From Candidatus Hermodarchaeota archaeon (lineage in GTDB: Archaea; Asgardarchaeota; Thorarchaeia; Thorarchaeales; Thorarchaeaceae), in assembly GCA_048885865.1 (NCBI GenBank), contig JBHLLF010000002.1:1-64000 (forward strand): DNA of 64,000 nucleotides, in the 5' to 3' direction. Numbering within the stretch: position 1 is the stretch's first letter; the number at the start of each line of letters is the position of its first letter. Below, piece by piece: positions 39,159 through 48,781 of the stretch. The notes under the pieces are model-generated. The model made no database searches. It saw nothing but the letters and a program-made list of their open reading frames with translations, and was not told the DNA's origin. The translations under genes and the position numbers were made by a program.

Positions 39159-40382
39159 TTGATTCTAATGGATGTTGGAAGAGAATTCATACGGCTTTGT
39201 GGCGAGGTAGGAAATTTTTCAAAAAGTGTGACCGGCCTCAGCATTGTTGATGCCTATTATGGACCGGATGAATTGGCGCCAGACCGACAGGCAAAGGATC
39301 GCGAGCCAGACATAATGATGCATGAGCTATCAGTTTTATACGACAATATTAAGGATGAGATTAAACTGCCTCTGCGCTCGAAGTATCTCACTACGGAAGT
39401 TTATTCGCTGCAATCTGTTGTCAGATGGATGACAGGAGAGGAAATGTCCTATACTGACATTGTGGAGAATGTCTTTGGTATCAAACCAACTAGATTCTCT
39501 GAGAAAGAAGTAGAAGAAGCAATGAAGAATGTTGAGGCTGCATTTTCAGACTGTCCTGGCAGTGATACGAGAGAGCGTGTGGAGCAATTCAAACTTGATG
39601 GCCAGGTGCAAGGAGTGGAGGCAAAGAACTACATCGAAGGAGAATTGCAGCAGAGTGCAAAGGATGTAGGGATGTTATTCCAGAAAAAAGTCTACGCTAG
39701 CATGGATGCCACTGTGATTGACAATGGCATTGAGTATAAGGCGGTGACAGACAAGCCCTGGGGAGGCTACAACTATTACCAAGGTGACTACAAATCAAAA
39801 AACGAGTTCAATGTTGACCGTCCATTTAGTAAACACGGACTAGCTGCTGTAATCTATCACGAATATGAGCATCATGTTTCGAATCTATGGAGAGAAAAGG
39901 CGTATCGCGAAAACAATTGGACAGACCTCTCCATTGTTCCCCTTACTGGAAGATGCGTGATCTCTGAGGGAACTGCTGATACTGCGATGGACTTCCTTGA
40001 AGTTGGCGAAGGAACTGATGCGCTAAGAATGCGAGCTTTAACGAACCTATCTCGGATGTGCAGCATGAACGCGGCACTAATGTTGAATCATGAGCACGCC
40101 TCTGATGATGAGGTTGTTGAATATCTGGTTGAATGCACATTCGGCAAGGAAGAGAGAATAAGACCATCCCTTGAATTTTCTCGACCCAAGACCAAGGAAG
40201 GGAAACCAAATCTTTGGGCTCCTTACATCTTCAATTATCTCACAGGTAGAAAGGACTTTGTCTATCCAACATTTCTCAAAGCCAAGGAAACTGACAAGCT
40301 TCCAGACTTCTTCAGAACAGTCTACCTCAATCCTTATTCAGGTTCAAGCAGAACTTGGAACGAAGCCTTCGATTGGCTTTAA
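39159..40382 (+). CDS. DUF885-like / zincin-like protein (HExxH)
   Basis: VDAYYGP, WGGYNYYQG, YHEYEHH, VISEGTA, YIFNYLTG. Confidence 0.7.
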   Translation: MILMDVGREFIRLCGEVGNFSKSVTGLSIVDAYYGPDELAPDRQAKDREPDIMMHELSVLYDNIKDEIKLPLRSKYLTTEVYSLQSVVRWMTGEEMSYTDIVENVFGIKPTRFSEKEVEEAMKNVEAAFSDCPGSDTRERVEQFKLDGQVQGVEAKNYIEGELQQSAKDVGMLFQKKVYASMDATVIDNGIEYKAVTDKPWGGYNYYQGDYKSKNEFNVDRPFSKHGLAAVIYHEYEHHVSNLWREKAYRENNWTDLSIVPLTGRCVISEGTADTAMDFLEVGEGTDALRMRALTNLSRMCSMNAALMLNHEHASDDEVVEYLVECTFGKEERIRPSLEFSRPKTKEGKPNLWAPYIFNYLTGRKDFVYPTFLKAKETDKLPDFFRTVYLNPYSGSSRTWNEAFDWL

Positions 40383-40390
40383 TCCGCATC

Positions 40391-40645
40391 ATGAGGGCCT
40401 GGGATTTGCGAAGCAAGAAGAAAAAGTCAAGCAATACTAGAAGCCGTAGGTATGCCCATCTCTTCTTTCTGTTAAATATCTCATTTCTGATTGCCCTTTG
40501 GCTTCTTATACAGTACTATTCGATTCCGCCGCTGGACATTCTTCTATCTTGGCTATTTGTTACAATTGTCATGATTGTGATTCTGTGGTTCGTTGACCGA
40601 AGGGCCGCGAAGATGGTTCTTAAAGATCTAAGCCGCAGTTCCTGA
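40391..40645 (+). CDS. Small 2-TM membrane protein
   Basis: Two hydrophobic helices flanked by basic residues. Confidence 0.55.
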   Translation: MRAWDLRSKKKKSSNTRSRRYAHLFFLLNISFLIALWLLIQYYSIPPLDILLSWLFVTIVMIVILWFVDRRAAKMVLKDLSRSS

Positions 40646-40674
40646 AATGAAAGCAGGGCGAGAAAAAGAATGAG

Positions 40675-40702
40675 AGTGTGATGATCGAAAGACCATCACA
40701 CT
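40675..40702 (-). terminator. Hairpin between convergent genes
   Basis: AGTGTGATG...CATCACACT stem, followed on the minus strand by CTCATTCTTTTTC. Confidence 0.55.
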
Positions 40703-40716
40703 ATACTGGAGTTCCT

Positions 40717-42114
40717 CTATTCGCTAGTTTGAGCTCTTGAGTATGCACCCTCAAGTTCTCTTTCCATAGCCGATGGAATAACAGTCTTGGTGAAGTCGCC
40801 ATCTTTCTTTCTGATGAAGACGTAGAGCAACGTGACATATACAATGTCAAACGTGCGCAATACTAGTGATACTGGAATTCCTGCTAGAACTGCAAAGACA
40901 ACTCCTAGAACTACAGTTGCAATTAAATCTCCAGCAAAGGCAACCCAGCCTACGACTGCTCCTCCAAGTGCAAAACCAAGGAAGAATATGACAGCCAGAA
41001 CACCAAAACCCCATCTTACTGCGGTTTCTTTAATCATGACATCTACGAAGTTGTCCTTAACAAGACCTGCACTTCGCTTGATGCCATCCCTCGCTCCAAG
41101 CTCTTCCGCCACCATCGCAGGGATTGTGAAGTAGTTTATCAGGAACCAAACATAGCTTATGATTCCACCTGCTACCCTGCCAACTGCTGCTCCTCCTACA
41201 CCTCCGACCTCTCTACCTAAACGCTCAAGAATCATCCTGATGATAACGATTAGCACACTCAATAAGCTCAAGACGATGATGCCAGTTATGACACCAAGAG
41301 ATGACCTGACACCATCACCAAGGTCAGGATCTCTGCCACGCATATAGAGGTAGACCATTGCAGATGATGTTCCATAAGCGAAATTGTAGAAGAATATTGT
41401 AGCAAAGAGATACAGGACAATTCCAACGGCCGCAACCCATCCAGTTTCAATGGTTAGGTCTTGAGCACCTGAGATTATCTGCAGTGCATTTCCTCCAGAC
41501 AGGACATCAATTGAATAGAATGCAATGCCTCCAAACATGACAGCTGAAATTAGGGTGAATATCATTACGAGAGTGGGCGGTACAAAGACTCCCTTTTCAT
41601 CAAGACAGACCTGTCCAGTCAGTTTAATGATCTCACCTGCACGGCGGACTCTATCTCGAAACACTGTGAACAGTAGAAGGGTGATGAACAGCGCAAAGAG
41701 TCCCGGTATCAATACCGGCCAAGCGAAGGCAACTCCGGTAGCAAACAGCAAAATAGGAATGGCTAGTGTCATTACGAGCATGAATGCTGCGCCGATGTAA
41801 ATCAAAGTCCCTCCCAGCCTCCTTGCGAGCCATGAGGCAGCATATGCCACAAAGAGACTCAGTAGGATGATTCCAAGCAAAATGGCTGCAATTGCTATCG
41901 CGGCATCAGTCGGTGATATCACTAGGCTAACGACCGATAGGATTTCGTTGATGGCATTCATCACTTGGGTTCCATAGGACGCCCAGAGCCCCATCAACGA
42001 ATAAATTCCTGCTGCGAAGAAAGCTCCAAGAACGATTACAACTCCAAGCACCGCTTTACCGTGGCTTGGATAGTTCTGATTATCATGATACTCGATCACA
42101 TCAGTACGTGCCAA
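40717..42114 (-). CDS. Polytopic membrane protein resembling the choline transporter-like (CTL/SLC44) / DUF6159 family
   Basis: About 10 TMs; RDRVRRAGEIIKLTGQV..EKGVFVPP, GVRSSLG..TGII.LSLLS.LI.IIRMILE, NYFTIPAMV, KRSAGLVKDNF, FDIVYVTLLY. Confidence 0.65.
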   Translation of the reverse strand: MARTDVIEYHDNQNYPSHGKAVLGVVIVLGAFFAAGIYSLMGLWASYGTQVMNAINEILSVVSLVISPTDAAIAIAAILLGIILLSLFVAYAASWLARRLGGTLIYIGAAFMLVMTLAIPILLFATGVAFAWPVLIPGLFALFITLLLFTVFRDRVRRAGEIIKLTGQVCLDEKGVFVPPTLVMIFTLISAVMFGGIAFYSIDVLSGGNALQIISGAQDLTIETGWVAAVGIVLYLFATIFFYNFAYGTSSAMVYLYMRGRDPDLGDGVRSSLGVITGIIVLSLLSVLIVIIRMILERLGREVGGVGGAAVGRVAGGIISYVWFLINYFTIPAMVAEELGARDGIKRSAGLVKDNFVDVMIKETAVRWGFGVLAVIFFLGFALGGAVVGWVAFAGDLIATVVLGVVFAVLAGIPVSLVLRTFDIVYVTLLYVFIRKKDGDFTKTVIPSAMERELEGAYSRAQTSE

Positions 42115-42260
42115 CTAATCTCCTCCAATTAGTAGTAAACACTTGAATCAACTCCTCATCTGTTACAGTTAAATCTTAGCAACGATAGCAAGAGAGGTGC
42201 ATAGTAAGCTGAAAATCACCTATGCTAATATATTTCAGAGGGATAAAGGAACGTAATGCT

Positions 42261-42734
42261 ATGGAATCCATAACTTACTGCGAACCAGATCATATCTTCT
42301 GCAGGGCAAATAAAATCCTGTTTGCGGGTGATGGAAGTGAAAATGCAGCCAAGGCAATGAAGGTGGCAATTGAGCTTGCAGAGCTGACAAATTCCAAGCT
42401 ATTCATTGTTCATGTTGTACCCACGCCAACAGTCAAGCAGATGGCAGTTATGACTAGTATGAGTCAAGAGGAAGTCATGGACAAGTATGTTAAGAATGGA
42501 GAGATTCTCTTGAAAGGCTACAAAGATTCGGCATTGGAATACAATCTCAAAGTCGAAACAATTCTTGAGAGAAGCGCTCCTTCAGAAGGAGTACTTGCAG
42601 TAGCCAAGGCGAAAGAAGTGGACCTCATTGTGATTGGTTCAAGGGGCGCATCTGGCACAAGACGTGCTGGCATGGGCAGCAATACTGAACGAATCGTAAT
42701 AAACTCAGAATGTCCGGTTTTGGTCGTGAAGTAG
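42261..42734 (+). CDS. Universal stress protein (UspA family)
   Basis: KILFAGDGSE, DLIVIGSRG, GSNTERIV, CPVLVVK. Confidence 0.92.
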   Translation: MESITYCEPDHIFCRANKILFAGDGSENAAKAMKVAIELAELTNSKLFIVHVVPTPTVKQMAVMTSMSQEEVMDKYVKNGEILLKGYKDSALEYNLKVETILERSAPSEGVLAVAKAKEVDLIVIGSRGASGTRRAGMGSNTERIVINSECPVLVVK

Positions 42735-42765
42735 TGCTCAAAAATGATGGTGGACAGCAACCGGA

Positions 42766-43068
42766 CTATTCCAGCTCCCTTATCTGCCCAATCATACTCA
42801 CCATTTTTCGAATGGAGAGAATATCCTGTCCTGCTGCTGCATAGGTGGCTGCAAGCTCCCTCGCATAATCTTCAGGAAGGCCGTGCTTGACTAGGCTCTT
42901 ATGAAACGCCTTTTTTGACTGCCTGACCCTCCACCTAGCATTGACATATGCTCCTAGCAATCCTGCTACGATCTTCACACTACCCGAGATTGCAGTCCAG
43001 ACAATGGAGGCGATTTCTCTCGGAGAATCGTCATCACTCAAGATCCTCTTCATCCTCAAAGTCGTCAA
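42766..43068 (-). CDS. Hypothetical protein
   Basis: KKAFHKSLVKHGLPEDYARELA; overlaps the upstream gene (true start probably ~43053 or ~43041). Confidence 0.65.
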   Translation of the reverse strand: MTTLRMKRILSDDDSPREIASIVWTAISGSVKIVAGLLGAYVNARWRVRQSKKAFHKSLVKHGLPEDYARELAATYAAAGQDILSIRKMVSMIGQIRELE

Positions 43069-43399
43069 TTTCGATGGACTTTCTTCTTTTCTTTCCCTTT
43101 TCTTCCTCCTGTACGATATTCATTAACTTTGTAATGTTGAACATGTCAAGACCAGCGACATATTTCTTGGTCAACTCCATAGCCATCTCATCTGGAATCC
43201 CTTGTTCTTTGAGTTTCGCATAGAAACCACCTATGGCTGCAGCCATGTCTTCCGCTCTTTCAGCGCTATAGACGCTGCCTATAAGTCCGCCAATAAGCTT
43301 AGGAATCGAGTCACTAAGCGCACCAAAAATCTCCTTGATCTCTTCAGCTTCGCTTTGTCCCGGCTTTTTCCTTTCATCTTTTGAATCATCATTACTCAT
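43034..43399 (-). CDS. Hypothetical protein
   Basis: AAAIGGFYAKLKEQGIPDEMAMELTKKY; shares an L...G(I/L)P...A.EL motif with the downstream ORF. Confidence 0.7.
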   Translation of the reverse strand: MSNDDSKDERKKPGQSEAEEIKEIFGALSDSIPKLIGGLIGSVYSAERAEDMAAAIGGFYAKLKEQGIPDEMAMELTKKYVAGLDMFNITKLMNIVQEEEKGKKRRKSIEIDDFEDEEDLE

Positions 43400-43428
43400 G
43401 ATTATTTATCACCAAGAGAGAATATGTC

Positions 43429-43491
43429 TGGTCACTCATCTTAAAAAAAGTGGAAAAAAGTGACCACATCCTATTCAGATTACGGTCACTT
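43429..43491. promoter_or_regulatory. Putative operator: three GGTCACT boxes around a TATA-like element
   Basis: TGGTCACT 43429-36, AAGTGACCA 43458-66, GGTCACTT 43484-91; TTTTTTTAAG on the minus strand at 43440-49. Confidence 0.5.
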
Positions 43492-43506
43492 CACGCCATA
43501 GGGAAG

Positions 43507-43995
43507 TCATGCCAATGCGAAATATCGGGCACGATCATCATCTTCATCCTCAATGACTTTGAGAATGCCTCGCCCAAGAAGGGACTGAACCCTTTCTCTT
43601 ATTATACGCCTAGAGGCTGTTCCACGTTCGGCTCTCACGGCAGCAGTAATTTGACTGATATTGAGAGGTCGAGATCCATCAAGGATTCTGATAATCTGCC
43701 AACTGATATCGTCCTTACGAAGGTCACCATATCTAGATTCCAAGCGTTCAGCTCGAGTGAACTTGGACATTAGCTTGACCATGCTGTCATAGAACTCAAA
43801 GCCCTCACGTATGACCTTAGCAGACTCCCCGACTTCTTCAATACCCGGTCCAAGTCTCTCAATGAGGGTCTCAACTCGAGCAAGTCTTGATGAGATTTCA
43901 TCCAATCGGTCTTGAACCTCTTCAATAGTGAGCTGTGGTGAGTCATCCGGACTTTCTTTGTCCTTTGAATCTGACAACTCCTTCTTCTTGCTCAA
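43507..43995 (-). CDS. Coiled-coil + winged-helix transcriptional regulator
   Basis: N-terminal coiled coil; IIRILD...LNISQITAAVR..RGTASRRIIRERVQSLLGRGIL. Confidence 0.75.
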   Translation of the reverse strand: MSKKKELSDSKDKESPDDSPQLTIEEVQDRLDEISSRLARVETLIERLGPGIEEVGESAKVIREGFEFYDSMVKLMSKFTRAERLESRYGDLRKDDISWQIIRILDGSRPLNISQITAAVRAERGTASRRIIRERVQSLLGRGILKVIEDEDDDRARYFALA

Positions 43996-44096
43996 GGTTC
44001 AGCCTCAGGCTTGCTCACATATTGCTTGAGATAAGTTTGATGGCAAGCGAAATCCGTTTAATAGCGATTGCTTCCCCATTCGTATTGTGACTAGAG

Positions 44097-45512
44097 ATGA
44101 ATAAAGAGGAGAGGCAACATTCTCACGTCAATGTGAAGCCACTCCGCCAGCTCTTTCATTTCTCACATTTCTCGCATTTCTATAGGCTCTATGTTCCTGC
44201 ATCTCTGCTGATTGGCATCGTCTGTGGGTTATTCATGGCAATCTTTCAGTATCTCATAGACTTGACAACTGGTGCATTTGTTGGTTTGCCCGTGTTCCTC
44301 GTTCCTCTTCTTGGAGGAGGGTTCTCCGGCTTGTTGATATATTTTGGCCGAAGAGAGATTGAGGGGAGTGGTATTTCAAAAGCTATTGAACTCACACATG
44401 ATCCGCAGGAATTAATGCCTTCTACTGCTGTTACAAAGATGATTGCTACATCAGTTTCGATTGGAACTGGGAACCCTGTTGGGAGGGAAGGTCCTGCGGT
44501 CCTTATTGGTGCTGCTCTAGGGAATTATATTGGGAGGCAATTTGGATATGACAATCCAGCTCATCTACGTGTCTTCATTATGATGGGCTCGGCAGCATGT
44601 ACTGCTGGTATTTACAAAGCTCCACTTGGAGGTGCATTATTCGCCTCTGAAGCTCCTTACAAACGCGATGCGCGGTTAGGTTACTTTGTGCCTACAGTTC
44701 TGGCGGCAATAACATCCTTCATCATTTTTGCTGTAATCTATCGGATTGATCCGCTTCTCAGTCTACAGATTGATTTCACCCTCACCCTCGAGGTCATCCC
44801 ATTAGTCCTCCTGTTGGGTATCTTTGCTGGTGTTATTTCGCTATTCTTCTCAGTCTTTTTAATGGCCACACGTAATTTCTTTAACCTCAGACTACCTGAC
44901 TGGGCTGACCCTGTGGCTGGCTCGTTATGTGCATGTGTGATATTGTTCCTTGTTGGTCTGTGGTTGGACCCACAATACACTGTTGCAGGACTTGGGTATG
45001 ATGTTATTGAGCTAATCGCATCCCCTTCATCCTCTCTTCCTATCGCAGCCCTGCTTCTGCTAATGATTGGCAAGCTCCTGGCATCATCCTTTGTCGTGGC
45101 TGGAAGGGTGTCAGGTGGAGTGCTTGCATCATCGATTTTCGTCGGCGCAATGCTAGGTGCCATATTCGGTCATCTATTTGCTCCGCACTATCTTACTGCT
45201 TTTGTTGTACTTGGCATGGGTGCAGTCCTTGCAGCAACAACAAATACACCAGTCGCCACCATAGTATTGATTCTTGAGATTAGTCACTCGTTCGAACTCC
45301 TCATTCCTATAGCAATCTGCATCTGTGTATCTTATCTCCTAGCAGGTGGAACATCTCTATATGAGGGGCAGAAAGTTACTAGGGATGATGAAGATCCTGG
45401 GTATTATGCTAGGATTAATGTACAGCCAGAAGAGATGGCTCTGGACATCTTACATGATGATGCAAATCCTGTAAATCATGAGCCCTCTCGCAATCCAGAT
45501 GCTGATGACTAA
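44097..45512 (+). CDS. ClC-family chloride channel / H+/Cl- antiporter (no CBS domains)
   Basis: EGSGIS, GREGP (gating Glu), APLGGALFASE, SGGVL, TSLYE. Confidence 0.92.
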   Translation: MNKEERQHSHVNVKPLRQLFHFSHFSHFYRLYVPASLLIGIVCGLFMAIFQYLIDLTTGAFVGLPVFLVPLLGGGFSGLLIYFGRREIEGSGISKAIELTHDPQELMPSTAVTKMIATSVSIGTGNPVGREGPAVLIGAALGNYIGRQFGYDNPAHLRVFIMMGSAACTAGIYKAPLGGALFASEAPYKRDARLGYFVPTVLAAITSFIIFAVIYRIDPLLSLQIDFTLTLEVIPLVLLLGIFAGVISLFFSVFLMATRNFFNLRLPDWADPVAGSLCACVILFLVGLWLDPQYTVAGLGYDVIELIASPSSSLPIAALLLLMIGKLLASSFVVAGRVSGGVLASSIFVGAMLGAIFGHLFAPHYLTAFVVLGMGAVLAATTNTPVATIVLILEISHSFELLIPIAICICVSYLLAGGTSLYEGQKVTRDDEDPGYYARINVQPEEMALDILHDDANPVNHEPSRNPDADD

Positions 45513-45617
45513 TTCCCACCGCTTGGATAAGTTAATAGGCGTACACATTAAGAGAACCTAGTTCAACCCCTTTTCTGGGGATTATTCGCTAGTATCGCGT
45601 CTCAGGAGGATTCCGAT

Positions 45618-48290
45618 ATGAGAAAAGGTCTGATTTGCACGCTGCTCCTCTTGCTGTTTCTAATTCCGCTTATCCCATCCATTCCAGCCTATTTTGGTGC
45701 TGAGGATTCTAGCGCCCAACATACCCCACGAATCAAGCCCATTGATTTTCACGCTATGACTGAAACCTACGGTCCTGAGATTCCTTTGGTGGTCGAGTTT
45801 GCTCAACCATTGACCGAGATTCAGATTTTAAAACTTGAAGCGAATGGCGTTAGATTCACTTTCGGCACTCCATCAATGAGTCAGGTTGGGAATTACTATC
45901 TAATCAGAGGTTCCGCTGATGGCTTAGCAACAATGTATGAATCAGGAGTGTTTGATAGTGTGTCCTTCCAGACTCCTATGAGGCATTTGCATGCGCCTAG
46001 AGATGTATCAATTCCTGAGATTGGTGCCGATGACATTTGGGCTACTCTTGATGACCTGAGTCAAAACGTCACTGGCAAAGGAATCCTTATAGCTGATTTG
46101 GATTCTGGAATTGATTGGACTCATCCTGATCTATGGTTTGCTGATGGTGGCTCATACGACTGGCTAGATGGTGTCCCTGATTCAATATTCACCAATGGAA
46201 GCGACGGAGTAGATCTCAACTTCGATCTAGCTCTACAACCAGATGAGACCCTTTACGCTATTGATTTAGATCGAGATGGGATTTTTGATACCACTACTGA
46301 ATGGATTTGGGCTGATAATGTCACGCAAGATGGCCAGATTCAGATAGGAGAGCCATTCTTCGTTGTGAATGATACCAATGACAACGGGCAATTGGATCCT
46401 GGTGAGCAGCTCGTTATGTTAAAAACACCAAAGACGAAGTACATCGTGGAGGGAGATGGTACACCAGTAAGCAATGAACATGTTTGGGTACGAGGAGTTA
46501 ATCTCACAGCAAGTACACATGTCGATGATAATGGACACGGAACAGCTGTATCAGGTATTCTCGTTGGTGGACAACTCGGATTTAGGAAATACATGGGCGT
46601 CGCACCTGATGCCGAATTAATGATGATAAAGGTCCTCAGTACGAACTACACCAAGTATGACTGGCTCTATGTTGAGGATGGCCTAACCTATGCATATACT
46701 CATGGAGCAGATGTGATTCTCACAGAGATTGGTTCTTGGACGTATGAATTCCTAGATGGAAGTTCAGCCGCTGCTACGCTAATCGATACAATCGTTGCTT
46801 CTGGAATTCCAGTTATCTCTCCAAGTGGAAACCTTGGAGGTAGCAATAAACATGCACGCTTTGCTACGATTTCAAATATGCCATATTACGTCGATTTTGA
46901 CCTTCCTCCAACGGTTGAAATCTATGATGTCTACATCACAGTCCTGTCGATTAACAGCACAGACTTCAGTGTATGCAATTTCAGTCTGATATTCAATCTC
47001 CAATCATGGAGTGGTGGCTTGAATAATATCATCTACCTTCATCCAGGCGTAGGCTATCCAGGTAGGGTTGCTCAAAAAGTGATTACAATTACCACAAAAG
47101 ATCTGTGGGTTGAATCTTTCATTGACACATCATCCCGCGGCACGAAGATGCTGGGAATCCATATTTGGGCTGAAGACCTTACTTATCCGCCTACCTTCCG
47201 CATACCTCTTCCTATGATTACCGCTCCGCCTTTTGACCAGCTAAACATCACAGCACCCTCGGACACTACTTTCCATTCATACATTTCTGACTCTGCCACA
47301 TCTTGGTCTGGTGGAGCTATCTGGATGACAGATGCAACTGATGACTATCACATTACATGGCCTTCAACAGCTGACTCCGCCCTAAGTGTCGCAAGCTATC
47401 GTACTCGTAATCTCGTTTCTCCTGAGGTCATAGGTGAGATAGCGAGCTTCTCATCACGTGGCCCAAGGATTGATGAAACTGAGAAGCAGGGCATTGCAGC
47501 CCCTGGCGGATTTGACATTGTCACTGACTATACAAACGATTCTGTATGGGCTTCGTGGTATAATGATGGGGGAAGTCTTCCTTTTGATGAACGATTTGGG
47601 AGCTACCGTTTATTCAGTGGTACCAGCGCATCAGGCCCGCACGTTGCTGGTACAGCTGCTTTGATGCTTCAGGTCGACTCCGCTGTAGGAAGTATGGTCG
47701 CTGATATAATCAAGGGCACAGCACGCATAGATGCATATACAGGTGCAGTTCATAATCCAATTTGGGGGTATGGAAAGCTCAATGCATCTGCAGCGGTTGA
47801 GTTCACATCTCAAGATCTCGTAGGGCCAACCATAGGAGTGCCCGAGCATGAACCCCAGCAGCCTACTGATGCAGATGATGTGAACGTTAGTGTAACTGTC
47901 ACGGACTTGAGTGGAGTTGATTCAGTTATCCTCGCATACCACAATGGAACTCACTGGAACAACGTGACTATGATATGGAATGGAACCCATTATGTCGCGA
48001 GTATCCCGGCTCTTTCGATGGGAACCACTGTAACATATCGGATATATTCGAATGACACATTAGACAACTGGTCTACTTCATCTGATTACCAGTATATAGT
48101 CGGGTCATCAATCACAACCCCGACAACTACGACGTCAACCAGCACAACGACAAGTGGGCCTACAACAACGCCGCCTCCAATTCCGGAGGTACCTAATTAC
48201 TTGAGAATAGCAATCATGCTTGTATTCATCCTGTTACTGATTGTCTTCTCAATAGTACTCTCCAGAAGGCGGACGCAACGGTTGGAATGA
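45618..48290 (+). CDS. Membrane-anchored S8 subtilisin-like serine protease
   Basis: Signal peptide; DLDSG, HGTAVSG, GVAPDA, FSSRGP, GTSASGPH; Thr-rich linker, C-terminal TM and RRR. Confidence 0.92.
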   Translation: MRKGLICTLLLLLFLIPLIPSIPAYFGAEDSSAQHTPRIKPIDFHAMTETYGPEIPLVVEFAQPLTEIQILKLEANGVRFTFGTPSMSQVGNYYLIRGSADGLATMYESGVFDSVSFQTPMRHLHAPRDVSIPEIGADDIWATLDDLSQNVTGKGILIADLDSGIDWTHPDLWFADGGSYDWLDGVPDSIFTNGSDGVDLNFDLALQPDETLYAIDLDRDGIFDTTTEWIWADNVTQDGQIQIGEPFFVVNDTNDNGQLDPGEQLVMLKTPKTKYIVEGDGTPVSNEHVWVRGVNLTASTHVDDNGHGTAVSGILVGGQLGFRKYMGVAPDAELMMIKVLSTNYTKYDWLYVEDGLTYAYTHGADVILTEIGSWTYEFLDGSSAAATLIDTIVASGIPVISPSGNLGGSNKHARFATISNMPYYVDFDLPPTVEIYDVYITVLSINSTDFSVCNFSLIFNLQSWSGGLNNIIYLHPGVGYPGRVAQKVITITTKDLWVESFIDTSSRGTKMLGIHIWAEDLTYPPTFRIPLPMITAPPFDQLNITAPSDTTFHSYISDSATSWSGGAIWMTDATDDYHITWPSTADSALSVASYRTRNLVSPEVIGEIASFSSRGPRIDETEKQGIAAPGGFDIVTDYTNDSVWASWYNDGGSLPFDERFGSYRLFSGTSASGPHVAGTAALMLQVDSAVGSMVADIIKGTARIDAYTGAVHNPIWGYGKLNASAAVEFTSQDLVGPTIGVPEHEPQQPTDADDVNVSVTVTDLSGVDSVILAYHNGTHWNNVTMIWNGTHYVASIPALSMGTTVTYRIYSNDTLDNWSTSSDYQYIVGSSITTPTTTTSTSTTTSGPTTTPPPIPEVPNYLRIAIMLVFILLLIVFSIVLSRRRTQRLE

Positions 48291-48371
48291 CCGGTCCCTG
48301 ATACGTACTACATCGATGGAATGTGTTATATGATTAACATTCTTCGTGAGCCTGAATTCTAACATGAAGGG

Positions 48372-48737
48372 ATGAGATTCAGAATGAAGCGCCTCGGTGG
48401 ATTCGACCTTCGATTGGAACGGTCATTTAGATCCTCTCGCAAATCTATCCCAGTTGAGGTGCTTGTAGATACTGAGAATACAATCATTGTCTTGGACTGT
48501 AGTTGCTGTGAAGACCTGCTTGCAAGTCGGCTACCAGGAGGAGTGCTGATACCGATTGCTTCAAGTCTCAAGTCATTCTTTGGCACTAGAGACATGCGCA
48601 ACATTGACGTCCAAGTGAGTGGCTCTCTGATGAGACGGACCTACAAGGGAATCTGTATGGAAGATGCAGTCCCCGAGATTAAGAGTGTTTTAGAAGGCGC
48701 TGTCTCCAGGTACAACAAGAAGCGGAAGAAACGATGA
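48372..48737 (+). CDS. Hypothetical protein (DCSCC motif)
   Basis: 121-aa ORF filling the gap; no family recognised. Confidence 0.65.
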   Translation: MRFRMKRLGGFDLRLERSFRSSRKSIPVEVLVDTENTIIVLDCSCCEDLLASRLPGGVLIPIASSLKSFFGTRDMRNIDVQVSGSLMRRTYKGICMEDAVPEIKSVLEGAVSRYNKKRKKR

Positions 48738-48781
48738 ACCTGTAGAAATGGGAAGATTTTCGAGCCTTTTTTTCTGCCTGT

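Noticed and set aside
48110-48185. ACx-rich low-complexity repeat
   Set aside because: Encodes the ordinary Thr/Ser/Pro linker of the S8 protease.
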